DNA from: a virus
Virus record (IMG/VR): IMGVR_UViG_3300021197_000868
Location: 32,001-96,000 of that record
Length of the DNA stretch: 64,000 bases
Reading direction: 5' to 3' (one strand)
The notes below the pieces were generated by a model. That model saw nothing but the letters and a program-made list of their open reading frames with translations. It was not told the origin of the DNA and did not search any database. The position numbers and the translations under genes are program-made. Each line of letters begins with the position of its first letter. The first letter of the stretch is position 1. Below are positions 18,921 to 33,500 of the stretch, in pieces.

Positions 18921-19198
18921 AGATTGAGAGTTTTCTCACTCGTAAGTTAGTCGCCACACCTGAAGACATAGAAATGCAATTAGAATTATGGGCTTACGTA
19001 GTAGCAACACATTACAGCATATCACTAAAAGAGGTACATGAAATGACTCCAGCGACATTCCAACAATCTCTCTCATGGGCGCTTGCTGGTAGGAATCAAC
19101 AGGAAAAGCAAAAGAAGCGGCAGCGCCAAGAGTCAAAAAGCGGGGGTCGTGAAACAGTGTCATTAGATTACGACTGGCTCGATTTGGAGGACTTTTGA
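18884..19198 (+). CDS. Tail assembly chaperone gpT-like segment, probably reached by -1 frameshift
   Basis: The -1 frame is open from 18884 and overlaps the end of the upstream ORF at GGA GAT TTT. Contains SLKEVHEMTP, typical of GT chaperones. Confidence 0.6.
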   Translation, partial: NVTGRFYERRRLEIESFLTRKLVATPEDIEMQLELWAYVVATHYSISLKEVHEMTPATFQQSLSWALAGRNQQEKQKKRQRQESKSGGRETVSLDYDWLDLEDF

Positions 19199-20343
19199 TG
19201 GTAGCACTAGCAGGTTTAACTACGGCTATGAGCGGATTAAGTTCTGCTGCTAGTGGGCTCAGTGGTATCTTTAGTAGTCTAGGCGGTCTACTCAGTAGCA
19301 TTGGAAGTGCTATAATGAGTGCTTTTGGTACTGCGATGGATTTTCTAAAAGAGAAGTTCCAAGCAATAAAGGACTGGTGGAATGACAATATACAGCCTAT
19401 TTTCGATGAGTTTTGGGAGTATGTAGGTCCCACGATAATGGCAATATGGGAGTCGTTTAGTGCTTTGGGGACAGGTGCTATTGACTTAGTAGTAGGGGCA
19501 TTCGACCTACTAGTAGCGGGTGCTGAATTAGCATGGGGAGGTTTAACCTCGGCTATGTCATTTATGTGGGATGGCTTTGTAATGCCTATTTTTGAAATGT
19601 TTTCTGCACTCTTTAGCGGAGTTATTGCTCTTGCTACTGGAGATTGGGCAGGGTTTATTGATGCTGCTAAAGACTATTGGAATGATGGTGTTGTACCCCT
19701 TGTTGACTATTTTATAACCCCATTCTTAATTGGATTAGACGCTATTGGGACTGCATGGGATTTCTTAGTAGACCTTATGATGTCAGGATGGGACTTAGTA
19801 ATGGGAGTCTTCGACTTCACTTGGAAGGACCTTTTACCTGATTGGAGTTGGAGTGATATTATTCCGGGCGCTTTAAGCGATTTCTTTTCACTAGATAATC
19901 TAAGTAATGTTTTTGACAGTCTTGCATCTACGTTTGACGCAGTAGTAGAGCCAATTGTTAATGCTATAAATGATTATATTATTGACACTATCAATGACGT
20001 AACAGGATATGAATTACCCGTTATAGGTGAAAGTCTTAGGAGTATGACTGGTGTAGATAAAATACCTCAACTTGCTGAAGGTGGAATTGCTAGTGGGCCT
20101 ATGAGTGGTTACCCTGCTGTGTTACACGGTACTGAAGCAGTAGTGCCTCTATCAGGTGGTCGCTCTATCCCTGTGGAAATGAAAGGCGGCGGTGGGAAAG
20201 GTAACACCTTCAATATCACTATCAATCCAAGTGGTATTACAGACCGCACTGACAAGCGTGAACTCGCTCGCACTATGGGTAACATGATTCAACAAGAAAT
20301 ATCACGTGCTATAGGTGGCACTACTATGAGAGGGAGGATGTAA
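19198..20343 (+). CDS. Short tape measure protein
   Basis: Amphipathic Ala/Gly/Trp/Phe helical periodicity; C-terminal LAEGGIASGP..AVLHGTEAVVPL motif typical of tape measure C-termini. Confidence 0.8.
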   Translation: MVALAGLTTAMSGLSSAASGLSGIFSSLGGLLSSIGSAIMSAFGTAMDFLKEKFQAIKDWWNDNIQPIFDEFWEYVGPTIMAIWESFSALGTGAIDLVVGAFDLLVAGAELAWGGLTSAMSFMWDGFVMPIFEMFSALFSGVIALATGDWAGFIDAAKDYWNDGVVPLVDYFITPFLIGLDAIGTAWDFLVDLMMSGWDLVMGVFDFTWKDLLPDWSWSDIIPGALSDFFSLDNLSNVFDSLASTFDAVVEPIVNAINDYIIDTINDVTGYELPVIGESLRSMTGVDKIPQLAEGGIASGPMSGYPAVLHGTEAVVPLSGGRSIPVEMKGGGGKGNTFNITINPSGITDRTDKRELARTMGNMIQQEISRAIGGTTMRGRM

Positions 20344-20345
20344 TC

Positions 20346-21575
20346 ATGGGTGATGGATATGGCTCTCCGATTAGGTTGCACTTTGAAGACCCTGAAAGAA
20401 TGGCGGAAGCCGGTTACGAAGATGGTATGGAATTACAGGCTTTGAGTATAGCCCTGTCTGTAGAAAGAAAGGTAGGTGGTATGAGTCTACCTTATTTTGG
20501 AGGTCAACGTCTAGGGATAGATATGAATCGCTCTAACTCTACTATCATCATTGAAGGGATTTTTACAGATGATGGCTTAGGTAGAAGAGGAATATCTGCT
20601 AAGTCTGCATCAGCAGTAATAGATTTTGGGTTCAGGATGCAAGATGCTAGAGTAGTAGGTACTATTCCAAATATATCCCAAGGACACTTAAGTGCTTTAG
20701 CAAATGGCGATGGTAACGCTTCAGCCCAACACGGATTTTTGAAATTAAAAGGACAAGATGGGACTACACACACTATATCATTTCAAAGAGATACCGGGGG
20801 TTCAGTAGGGTACGTAAGTGCTCAAACTGTTAGAGTTAAAAATCTCACTGGCGCTGGCACATACATTACCCCTGCTCAATTGGCTACTGCTGTAGCGAGT
20901 GCTATAGCGGCTATCAGTGGTAGCCCCTTTACAACTTCTGTATCTGCTTCAGATGCTCCTAATGGTGGAGATGCTAAACTTACAATTACGCAAAGCACTT
21001 CCGGCTCTATGATAGCGGAGTCTTCTGTTAAGTTTGAAAACAATGGTAATATAGAACCTTATAATGAACTTTTCAAAGGTGGTAGAAATGCTTCTAATAC
21101 TGGAGGTAAGTCTGCCGGTGACAAAGTGCAGGACTTGTATGGTATACTTCACAATACAGGTAGAGGCGGCGTTGCGTCAGGTATTATGAGGGGTGTTGTT
21201 GGTGCAGTTTCTAACACTTTAGCAGTCATAGCAACTGCGGGGGCTGCATTAGAGCAAGGTATGTTAAGTTCAGCGTTAAGGGAGGATATTTTAGGTGATT
21301 ATCCTATAGGTATTCAGATTCCATATAACTCTATGATAACAGCACCCGATGGTAATAAATACGCTGCTAGAAACTTCTTAGTTCCTACTGGAACTGTGGG
21401 TATTAATGATAAGATGTCACACACTAACGATAATGCGGCTGGTGTAGATTTTAAAGAGTCTGATAAAACAACTGGAATTAAGGGCGCTGTGCAAAAGTTT
21501 GATGTTTCTTACAGTGCTGCTGAAGAGCACTACACTTATCAGATGGTCTTTGTACCAATAGACTTCCTAGGTTGA
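20346..21575 (+). CDS. Distal tail / baseplate protein with an insertion
   Basis: Immediately after the tape measure; Dit-like ends (TIIIEGIF, IKGAVQKFDVSY...YTYQMVF). Confidence 0.5.
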   Translation: MGDGYGSPIRLHFEDPERMAEAGYEDGMELQALSIALSVERKVGGMSLPYFGGQRLGIDMNRSNSTIIIEGIFTDDGLGRRGISAKSASAVIDFGFRMQDARVVGTIPNISQGHLSALANGDGNASAQHGFLKLKGQDGTTHTISFQRDTGGSVGYVSAQTVRVKNLTGAGTYITPAQLATAVASAIAAISGSPFTTSVSASDAPNGGDAKLTITQSTSGSMIAESSVKFENNGNIEPYNELFKGGRNASNTGGKSAGDKVQDLYGILHNTGRGGVASGIMRGVVGAVSNTLAVIATAGAALEQGMLSSALREDILGDYPIGIQIPYNSMITAPDGNKYAARNFLVPTGTVGINDKMSHTNDNAAGVDFKESDKTTGIKGAVQKFDVSYSAAEEHYTYQMVFVPIDFLG

Positions 21576-21584
21576 GGTGAAATA

Positions 21585-24500
21585 ATGCCAATAATGTTAC
21601 AATCCAACCACGCACTTTTCTTTGATGGTGTAAGCGACGGTGTCATTATCCCTCAAGGTGTATTTAGTAAACTAGGTAGAGATAACTCAGATGGTGAAAG
21701 AAACGCCTCTGACATAATAAGTGAATCTTCTCAAGGCGCTAGAGTAAACAGCGTAATTAGTGACGCATTAGGTAAAGAAATAGCAATAGAAGCATGGGTT
21801 ACTCCTGACTGCGGTGGTGTGATACTTCAGAAGTCATCTCAATTTTGTTTGAAACTAGGTAATGTAGATACACCCGGACCGGCATCTTTTGAGGTTAATC
21901 TTCAAACTGATAATGGTTTTAGAAAAGTCATAATTTCCACAGCAAGAGAAATCTCAAACGGTTATAATGGTACTGTATATCCTAGTACAACTAACAATGG
22001 GTTTGAAGACTCTTTCAACCGCTTCGTAGGCTCTAAGGATGATGCTACTAATCTAAATATCAACCAAAGACCACTAATTCATATTGTTGCTAGTATGAGT
22101 AAAGGTGTAGTTAGTCTTCACATCAATGGTGAGTTAATGGCTGAAGAGACAGTAGGTAGATGCTTTTTACCTGAGTCTGATGACCACGTCTACATAGGTG
22201 GAACAGGCGGTGAGTTTCGTGGAGTTATTGAGAGCGTTCACATAAGTTCTGTATTTTCAAATGAAATGACAACTCGTAACGCAGCCTTAGTTAACAACAA
22301 TACTCTAGCGTTGTTTAGATTTGAAGAGCCAATAGAGCCAATAGAAGGAATATACGACATCTCTTCTATCTCTTCTGCTAGTAATTTATCAGCGATAAAT
22401 GTTAGTACAAGTGATGCTGCTTTATTAGCGTCTAAACTAACTGGTAAAACTATAACCAGTGGTACAATAGATTTTACAGCCACTCCTTACTCTTCAGGTA
22501 ACTACAGTGTAGTTGATTACAAAACTGTACCCGGTACAAAAAACATCCGTGCTATACCTCATGTCCCATACAATCTTCTAATCAATCCCGGCTCTATAAA
22601 TCGTGACACTCAAAAGCCAAATCAATCTCCACCTGAGCGTGTACGTTTACACAATATAAATGTCAGCACTGGGGCTATACTAGTAAGTAGTATTCACTTA
22701 GATTTTGACGGCTCTACTAATGGAGACGGGCTTAGACCAGTATTACATTCTCGTAGTAGTGGTACTGGTGATGATTACTTTGTAGTGGTTAGCGCCGACC
22801 TTTTACTAGACAATGGGTCAGGTAAGCCATATCAACCACCTCACTTAGCATCTCAACTTATTGATAGAACAGGTCAAATGGTGCTTGACGAAGGTCACTT
22901 TGAGCAACACGGTATTGTTTTCTCTAGTAGAATGGCTACGACTACTAACGATACCAATAACCCCTTTGCTGTTACATGGCCTACTACATTAGACGAATCA
23001 TTTCAGATAGGACACTCAGGTAGACACATACTCAATCATGTTACAGGTCATCATTATCTCAGGAATATGCCGAGAGCGAGTGAAGAAAACTTAGACCAGC
23101 AATTTGGAAATGCTGATATTGTTGAGTTGATATATGACGGAGCGGCGCAGGGTATAGAGAAGCAGTTTCCTATCAATAGTAAAATAGATTATTATCGAGA
23201 TATTGCTCAAAGTAGAATAGTAGATATTACTTCATCTAGCACTGTCTCAGATTCGGTAGACAATGGATTAGCAGACCCTTCTAGGAAATTGATAGCAATC
23301 GGTGGTGAAAGTTTTAACCCAATGCCATTCGCTTTGAAAGGCCCCTTACCACTAAGTATAGATGATGCAGATGATAACATACGTAAACATCATCTTAGAC
23401 CATCTAAGACTAGTAGAGTTGCTATTTTAGAAGTTGATTTATCATCATACAATTTAGCATCATATGTTGAAATACATTACAATGCGATTGATTTTACTGG
23501 TGTCAGCATGGGTAAAACCACACCAATGTTAATGGTCGAAAAAACTGTTCCTGCCTCTAACCACTTACTTACAGGGACTACATACGTAATAGATGCCATT
23601 GAAGCATCTTTGGCTAGTGGTAAGACTCTACATGCACCGGGTGGTATCATTGAGATTTCTGCTCCTGTTCAAGGTGATTTAGCAACAGCGTCATTCACTC
23701 ATTCTTTGGTTGGGGATAACAGTGAAGGTTTTGAAAGTGACTCAGAACTAGATGAAAGATACACTCCTCAAAACTATACAACGATGACTACTGAACCAAG
23801 AAGACCTCCTCAAAATATAGCAGCATCACATACCTCTAAAGAAAGTCACGAATCTGTTTTCCATCATTTGATTATAGAGGCTAATAACGCAGGTAAGTTT
23901 AGCACATCACCAAGACCTTCAGCATCAACTAGTTCGGGTGCTGCTGGTGAGTTTGATATAGCGGTAGCAGCATCTGCTGGACCTGTACATGAAATGTTCG
24001 ACATAATAGACAATCACGCTACTACGACTCCGGGTGTACAACAACGCATTTACGTGCAACCATCTGACCGTAGTAGAACTGCTCAATTGAGACATGTAAA
24101 AGCAGTAGCAGATAACGGAAATGATTCTCACTTTGCTAGTATAATGTACTTAATGACTAGAGGAAAACTACGTAGCGTTATTGAAGAAGAAGGAGAAGAT
24201 GGCGCAGAGAGGTTTACTACGGTAAAATGTGTCGGTATAAATGCAGCAATTATCAACAGAAACGTAGACGAAATAGGTTCAGGGAGCCCTGATTCACACG
24301 TAGTCAAGGAGATAGACCCTAACGCCCCAGTAGTGACTGTCACACTAGGAGGAGTAGGGCAAGGAGCGTATGATACAAACCCATCATTCGACCCAAGCAC
24401 ACTATCGAGGTTGCCTTATAACACAAGGTTTGGATTTTCTTGTCACGCTGTATCTGTCCGTACAGACCGTGACACTACCGCCGCTGACCGTATTCAGTTC

Positions 24501-27500
24501 ATTGAAGTGCGTGCTCTAAACAACGGCGCTGATGATTTGAAATCATGGGGTACATATCCGTTCCCTAAGAAAGGGCGCTTATTTTTGAGAAGTGGGGCTA
24601 GTGCTGAGTATAGTAATAAGAACGGCGTGGCATTCTTCTTTGAAGATTCTGATGTTGGTAGTGGTAGATTCGTACTAAGTGACGGGTCAGAGGTCGCTAA
24701 TTTCTATGAGTGGGTTGGGAGTACAGGACTCAGTTCAACAGCAGGGGCCGTTAGTAGTAATAGTATAGTTAATGCTTCTATTGGTGAAGTAATACTCGGT
24801 GATGGTAATTTTTATGTAGAGAACGCTACTGCCGATGGCTCTACTGTTAACGATAGAATGTTTCAGTCAATGGACACCGTTACTCACGATTATCAGTTAG
24901 GTACTCAGTTCGCAAGTACACGTGCTCTAGTAGAAATACCTCTATTTAATCAGCAATTCTTCAAAGATATACCTAATGGGATATTACCGGGACCTGATAA
25001 CTCTTTGAAGTTACATCTTGACCCTACAATGACAGCACATACTTGGAATCCTTCACCTGTAGGAAGGCGCTATCAGGAAGTTTCACCCGGTGACCGTAGC
25101 GCACATTCCGCTTATGCTTATTCTCTATCACAGAATAATCATACTCGTAGTGCAAGTATTCAAGGAGAGGCACTTCTCGATACTAGTCCAACTCCTGATG
25201 TTTACAAACTCTATGTTAGTAATCCTGAGATATTCCCCGCTGCTGACATAGGTAGTTCAGGTAAGTCTTACTTCTACGTGGATGAAGTACAGCGACATCA
25301 AAGGGCATTCTTACCGAATGGTGAGTGGATTATTTACAATAATGACCCTTCTAGTGATGGTTTCATACAGTTTGAAGATGCTCTTTATGCTCATTCTGAG
25401 AAGTTCTTGGAGACACATGAGGCAGGTATGCAACTACTAGTAGGAGGAGGTTATCAAAGTGAAAGTTTAATTCCTCTAGTTGGTAGTTTCTTGAACCCGT
25501 CTTCTTCTATAGAAAGAAGAAGTGAATACTATCATGACTCTGCTAGTGTTAAAACTCAAGGTGGGAATGTAGACTATGGTCTACGTCAATATGTAAGTGC
25601 TGTTGAGTTTAAGGCGGGACCTACTACTAACCCCCATGCTGCTCGCATACAGTCGGGTAGAGCCCGAGGTCAAATCATAGGTGTAGAGCCTATTATGAAT
25701 GGGACCACTTTCACTGGTCTAGTAGTGTTAAGTCTATCAGACGAAGATATTGTTTCATTCCCTAACATTCAACCTAACATTGATAGTAATGGTAACATAG
25801 TTTACGAAACTGGAGATTATCATTATCTATTAGAAATAAAGTCACCTAATGGTGACACTAGAAGATTTATTTATTGGGGTGATGCTACTGCTACGTTTGC
25901 ACATTTAAGCAGCACGCCTACTAGTCCTAATGACTTTAGAAGTTCGATTATAGTTGAGGATATTTTCAACAAAGGTAGTACACTACCTGATTATTATAAT
26001 AAAACTCATGCTAGTTACATATTAGACCAAGAGGCTTTGTTAGTGAAAAGAGGTTTTATGTTTGGCTTTGACCATGATAAGGATAGTTCAGCACTAGAAA
26101 AAACACTCAATATCAGTGACACTTTCAGACCTCCTACTGCACGCCATCCTTGGACTATTAAAGCATCACCTACTGTCACTACTACTGCTTTGACTACTAC
26201 AAACACTACTAGTGAGCGATTACTACAAGCAGATACCAATAGCCTAAATGTTCAGAAAGATGACTATGTGTATGCTGAAATAGAAACCATATCAGGCTCT
26301 ACTATTGACAGCGTTAAGTTTCTAGGTAAAGTCACTGTTATTGCTGATGGTCATGCTCAAGGTACACCTTCGTCTGATACAGTCCTAACTTTAGATGGTA
26401 GTATGACTAGCGCAGTAGCGACTGCGGTGAACAGCGCTCTAGGAGATGCTGCTAAAAAGGTGTATCTTAGAGTTGGTTGTCATGACATCATGAGGAATGA
26501 TGATGAGGCTATCCTGAATAGAACATGGGTATTCCCGTATGCTCCCGGTGGCTTCCGTAAAGGAGACACTATATGGGCTAACATGACGTATAATAATCCT
26601 CACGCAGTAGAGGGATTATTTGCTAAGAGTCGTGGTGTGTTCAATGAAGCATTAGTTTGGAAGGGTTTCAATGGTGGATTAGGTACAATGCAAGATGAGG
26701 CTCGTGATAGTATTCCACTTGAGAACTTCTTGATTGGTAATACATGTAGAGAAACTGCTGAAAATTATCTCCAGCACGTAAACAAGACCATAGAAGAAAA
26801 TTACATAAATCTACTGGGAGATAATCCAAATGCTCCTATTGTTGCTTATCTCGACCCTACTTTGAAAGGTGATAATCATGCTCGTGTTTTGCTTTATGAT
26901 TGCGCTCATGACCGTGAGTTTATTGCATTCCAAGACTTACAGATGCAAGTTCAAACTAGCCCAAAGGTAGCAGAAATTGGCTTCCAAAGACATACTACTG
27001 GTTACAATCTTGCTACAGGTGGTGACCAAATTGATTTGGTTACTCACAACATAAAGTATAACGGTGGTAGTCAAAACGCCTTTATGACTCAAATTGATGT
27101 CGCTAATGGTTTCCCAAGTCAAAATAAGTATGTTAGACCCACTATGCGTTCAAGATTTATGGAGAGCGCTTACGCTCATGATATTGCTAATAATTATTCA
27201 GCATCGAGTATGCAGTCACCTGTTTCAGGAATAGTTACTTCTTTAGTTACCTTTTATCCAAACGGCGCTGGAGCAAACGGTAAAGAAGGAGGTACTGGTT
27301 ATTCACCAGCATCAGGTTTAGCGACCACTACTACTGGAAGTGGTTCAGGATTGACTGTTAATATCACATCGGCTGGAGGCGGCGGTACTAACCAAGGTAT
27401 TTTACAGATTCCTGTTATCAATGCCGCTGGAACAGGTTACGCTCATGATGATGTAATTACAGTTACTCAATCAGGAGCATCGGGTGGTAAGTATCGTGTG

Positions 27501-30500
27501 AGAATATCCCCCGCAGGGATTCCAACAAATCTCACCGCTTCTAACAGATTAACTCAATATGGAAAAGGACATGGTCACTTTGTACACACAGGTTATCATA
27601 CAGGTGGCTCATTTTCTGAAAGGGCTATAGGGGACAGTATTTTACCTAGAACTCAAGATGCAGTTGTATTACCTTATTGGGCTAATGAATTACATAAATA
27701 CAGTCGCAAAACGAGGTCTAGCCTAGATGACTTTGTTACTAAATTGACAATTCATCGTGAGGCGAAAACAGGAGCATCTATACGTGACCCTTCTACATTG
27801 TTTGATACTCCTGATGGTACAAGAGTCATTCCAGCATTCTTAGCCTTACGTGGTATACGCTCTAGTAGTCTCGACTTGTCAAACATGCGTGAGAATAGAC
27901 TTCAACATCTAAAGCATTGGACTGACATGGACTTCACTAGAAGGTTAACAATAGACTGTGGTCAAGTAGGAACACGTGACGGTGTTACTGACGTAGAGGC
28001 TGCTGCTCGTGAAGTTGTTAGAATTATTAACCAAGCAGGTGCTAAGAATGCTAGAACTAATAGCGTAAATGATGAAACAGGGTCTGCTCACGACCCCGCA
28101 GTTTGGTGGGATGTAGATAAGGCACTCGATACACAAGATAGTGGTAGCCACATGGGTTATCTTAGAGCACATTTAGGTAGGGTAGTGCAAGATATTAATG
28201 GTAATCAGGGTTATTCTATAATTATACATAGCACTGTACCGGGTGCTACTGGTCGTAATTTCTGCGTGTGGTTGGACAACGCTCGTGGTCAAAGTACATA
28301 TCAACCTGAGTTCCTTATTGGACATGGAGGGAGATTCAGAACATTTTGGTGTCAACCTGAAGAGATTAGTGGTGAAAACATGCACCCCGCTCCGATGCCG
28401 CTAAATAAGCACGGAAGACCATTTGCTCCTATTACAAGTTTACGTCAGTATACTTTACCCGATGAAACAGGAACACAGATAAAATCTTCTAATGACTTTG
28501 CTCAGCGTGGTGATGAAGAATCAGACCCTATAAACAGGGCCATTTCTATGACAACGGGCTCAGGTCAATCCCATAATACGGTTAACACTGAATCACTTGA
28601 AGTAGAAGGCTACGCTACTAGTTTTACAGAAGGGCTAAGAGTAGGCACACAAGCAGTTGCTAGAGTAAACTTAGGAGGATTAGTCGCTGCTGGTGTACCC
28701 GGTTTCGCTCCTGATGCTGGTACTTGGGGATTCGGGCGCAAGAGTGATAAAAGATTCACAAAAAAATACGGCGATATTGCTAAGACACAATCATCGGCTA
28801 CATTACCTACTAGATATAGTAACTACATACCATCTAATCAAGTGACTCACGACTCTATAGGTAACACACCTTTGTATGGATTTGAGTTTAAAGACCATTT
28901 AGGGAATAGACATGGTATTCGTATAGTGTACCGTTCAATAGATGAGGCATTTACTCTTGATGAGACTCAACTTCCTGACACCTTAGAAGATGAGATTATA
29001 ATTTACATAGATGACCGTGATGTAGGGCAGGGTGGATTCACAATAGGTCACCATATGCACGGATTAGGCGACGCTACTGGTCGATTTGACCCTAACCCCT
29101 CAAATGCTGATTTGATAGGTTGGCGTGGTAATAGGTGGAATGGCATTCCATCTGTTAACGCTGCTTATGATGTTGATGTTCACTATTCTAGTAATACTAT
29201 TAGAGTTCAAATGAGAGCACCTTACGACTCATGCCCTCATCCTGATGTTCTAGGTTATATGGGATTCCCATTGAAAAACGGGCTTATACAAATCTCTGAC
29301 CCGTTTAATCATGCTGACGCTAAGGGTACTTTCGGTCATGTGTATTCCTATACGCATCGTGACGTGGTATCAGGTATACACTATTTCTATGGAGTACAAG
29401 GAGATGATTTTAACGCATCACAAGGTCAGGCTGCTGGTGTTTCTACTGTAGTTACCACTCCAACTGATTTTGGTAATAGTGCTACTAGCGTTTACATTAG
29501 AGGTTTAATTTCATCTTGTTTGAACTGGACTACTCTACTGACTGATGAAGTTCTCGCTGCTGCTATCACAGCAACTATCAACTTGTCTAATCCAAACGTT
29601 CAGGAGGGTACACCATTTGACTGTAGAGAGTTCTTTGCCGCTGATGGTAGAACATTGGGCGAATGGGGGGTAGAGTCAGATGCTATACGTATTCGTGCAT
29701 TTAACACCAATAGAAATATACGGCCTATTTCTAATTTCTTTACAGCAAGTATTCATAGAGACATGTCTATTCAAGCAGCACATATCGAGCATGGTGACAT
29801 TGAGAAAGTAGAACATGATGGGACTTTAGGTAGTAGCAACCGCTCTGCTACTGACGCACAAATTGATGCTGGTTTAAGAGCGGAATGCGGCTACATACCA
29901 CATACAATTATTCAAATTATCAGTAAAGGTAGAGGTTCTAACGCAAACACTACTACTCCTATATTAGTAGATTCTAGTAACGAAGCAGTAAATACTGATA
30001 CTTGGAGTAAGAATCTTAACGGTGCTAGGTTTACTGCTTATTCCGGTGACCATATACTTCCTATGGTTAATAACCCAACTCTTGAGATTAATGAAATTAC
30101 TGCTACTGATGTAATCCTTGATAGCGGTAATGAACTATGGCACTTCGTGCGCCCTGCTGGTGCTGAAGGTGCTGCTGTTACAGATGGCGGTGGAGCCTCT
30201 ATAACTAAATTAGCCTCATTTGGTAGTAAATCATTATTTTCTTATAGACAAGATACAGCATTTGTTACTAGTGAAAATGGTGCAAACTCGCAGACTAAAT
30301 TGGATATTATTACTAAGAGTGATGATTTTGGTACAGTAGGGTCAGGAGCAGCAGATGTTGCTCAACGCTTTGCTGACCATAGATGCTTTACTACTGCGGG
30401 TGTTCGTGTGCTAGGTAGCCTACACTCAACACCGCAAGTATTCTTCCGTGGTGGTAGAGATAGTAGTGACCATTGGGTTCCACTATTCTTTGGTGGTGGT

Positions 30501-33500
30501 TTTAGTGGGGTTACCATTGACGTTAATGACGGGACCAAGAATGACTACAGTGATAAATATACACACGCATATGCAAATGGCCCCAACGGTGTTGCTGGTA
30601 TACAAAACGCAAATGAGACACTGTCATCGTTTTCTTTACTAGACTGTAACGCTATCTTGGCCTTCTTCCCCGGTACTGCTTTATTAAACCAGCATCGAGG
30701 TAGTCTCAATCCACCCTTCTTTAACAAAGACAACGTGCTTAGCCCTGATTTGAAAGCAGGGAGTCAGGGAGTAAATGATAAACATCCCACTGGTACTGTG
30801 TATAGTAGTGGTGTTCATCTTCAAGTTCCTTCTCCATTAGTTCTACGTTTCGCTCATCCAACTGCTCGTTACAGCGACCATGTAACGGCCACTGAAAACA
30901 AAACCACCTACTTAATTTATGGACCCGGTCAAGCATTCCCATATACTCAAGAAGTTTCTACTCCTGTAAATACGTTTGAGCCTCATCCGGGTAGAGCAAT
31001 AACAGTAGGAAATGGATGGTCTGCTGTGCCTTACACTAGTGGTAATGCTTCCTTTATGCCTAACCATATCGCTAATCATGATGGTTTTTATTTCCCTGAA
31101 AGTTCAACCTATCAATTAGGAAAACATCGCTTCCATTGGCGGCAAACCCTAAACTGGGAACCGCCTCAAGGTAGGCCAAATGTAGCAATTCTAAAGCAAA
31201 GACCTGAATCAGGTCGTATGTATGGTGAAATGTTTAACTTAGGTGTAACTAACTTAACCGATACTGAAGTTCACGAATATAGAAAGGCTCACCCTATGAG
31301 ACATGCTGTGTTTATGGGAGGCTCTATGGCGAGCAACTCAGAGTGGTGTTTCCATATGGATGGTGGGTATCATCCCGGTGGTACTTGGTTAGATAATCAG
31401 ATTACTTTCAACCCACCTCATCCTAGTAATAATAGCAGGGTCGCCAAACTCTCCGGGAATGAATTACACCCTACTGCATTCCGTGTCGCTGGTCCTTTAA
31501 CGACTAAAGTTCTCTACGGTGCTTCAGGCGGTGCTTTTGAGGCTCAAACTTTAACGACATCAGATGTTAACATGGAATACATAGTAGTAGATGGCACTAG
31601 ATGTCAAAATGGTGAAGAGTTAGCCTGTGTATTAGGTGCTGCTATAAACACGTTCCCCGGGGGTGGAGCACTCAAATCTATGGGTGGTACATTCATGCCG
31701 AGTATGGGTAATGCTATGCGTCAAGACCGTTATGGTTGGAGAGAGATAGATGACTCTAAGATTGTGTCTTATCAAAACTCAAACAATGACTTACATGATT
31801 GCTTTATAGTCTTGAACATGGGTACTACTGAAAGCGATGCAAGAAACATACCTGAAACGGGTTGGTTGCGTACCAGCAACAGTTTTGCTACAGGTTTAGT
31901 AGCGCAAAATACTCCAGCATTTGCTCCTTATCACTCTAGGATTGTATACCTAAACGGCTCAGACTACTATGTTAAGTTCTTCATAGGGCGTAATAGAATA
32001 ACTGGTAATCTTAGATTTGAAACATCAGCAACTTGGGATAACAAATTAGACAGCGCTACTCTAACTTATCCTACTATCAACACTGCTAACGTTGATAAAA
32101 TATATGTATGGACTAAGGCGGGTGTACACACTGTAGGTCTAGACGAAAGTACCACTGAACGTTTAGCGTACAACAGAGTACACTTTAGCGGTTTAGTAGA
32201 TGCAATTGACAGAACTAAACCGATTGGTGCTGTAGGCTGGTCCGGCAATCGTTATTCTTATCTCAATACTTTATCAGTAGGAAATGGAATTGCAGCGGGT
32301 CTTGGTGCTTGGCATTCTTCATTAGGCTTCTCACCTTATGGTAACAGCATAGGTTGCGCTAATGCTTTCGGTCATATACCAGTCATAGCACCTATGCCAA
32401 ATAGTCCTGAAAGTAGCCCACCTAACGACGGTAGTAGTGCTCTTGCTAATTTCCCTAATGAAGACAATCCTGATGGACCTCATGATGAAGCACAAATGGA
32501 TTCTGCCGTTACTGGTAGTTACACATTCCAAAATGTTGAAACTAGTGTTTATCATAACACTCCTATACTTACAAATCAACTTGACTTACAAAAGGAGTTG
32601 ACACATAAACAAGGTATTTATTCACGTGCTCTATTAGTCGTAGCACATGAATCAGAATTAGCACTGATAGCCAAGACAGACCGTAACGGTCACAAAAGTT
32701 GCGGAGACTGGATATTTTTAGGTAGGGCTGCGGATTTTACTAAAGCAGGTACAACTAGATGGGATGACCGAATACATGGACAGGATAGGTTCTACGCCCC
32801 TGCAAATGCTGGACCTAACGTTGAGGCTTTGATTAGAGATGGTACGGTCTTCCCTACTATAGCAGACTATACAGCATCTAATGCTTTAGATGGTAGTCCA
32901 TTCAATGCTGCTATAACTTTACATTCGACTCTTACTGCTGATACCCAATTAGAAAATGCTGAACCTTGCCTAAGTAAAACTGGTGACTTATTCTTAGATG
33001 TTGATAAAAGCATAGGCTCGCACTTTTCAGCAAGTGCTGGTGCTCAAAGAAATGTATCTGATGGTTTTTACAATTCTGCTTCAGTCGCTCCTTCTTCTTT
33101 ATTCGGTGGGACTAAACAGAAAAATACATTTTGGATTGGTGATGTTAATGGCTACGCTATGTATGACCGCTCTCCCGCTGACAACTTTAACATTGAACAT
33201 ATAGTTTGGAAGAGAATGGACGGTGGTAGTCTATCCATGCCAGCCGTTAATGCTCGTGGACTCGGTGCTATTCCTTTTATCAATCGTGTTAGCGGCATTA
33301 ACATAGGAGGTACTGGTGAATTAGCAGATACTCGTGCTGCTGGTACTGAACGCACTATAGGAGAAAAAATATATGGTAACGTTAGATTCTCGTTTGAGAC
33401 TACAAACAGCGCCATGTTACCTATATTACAAGCACAAGAACTATCACATCCTCAACTGGCTAGTAAACACCCTATAGCGCTTCAAAATGTGCTAGATATT

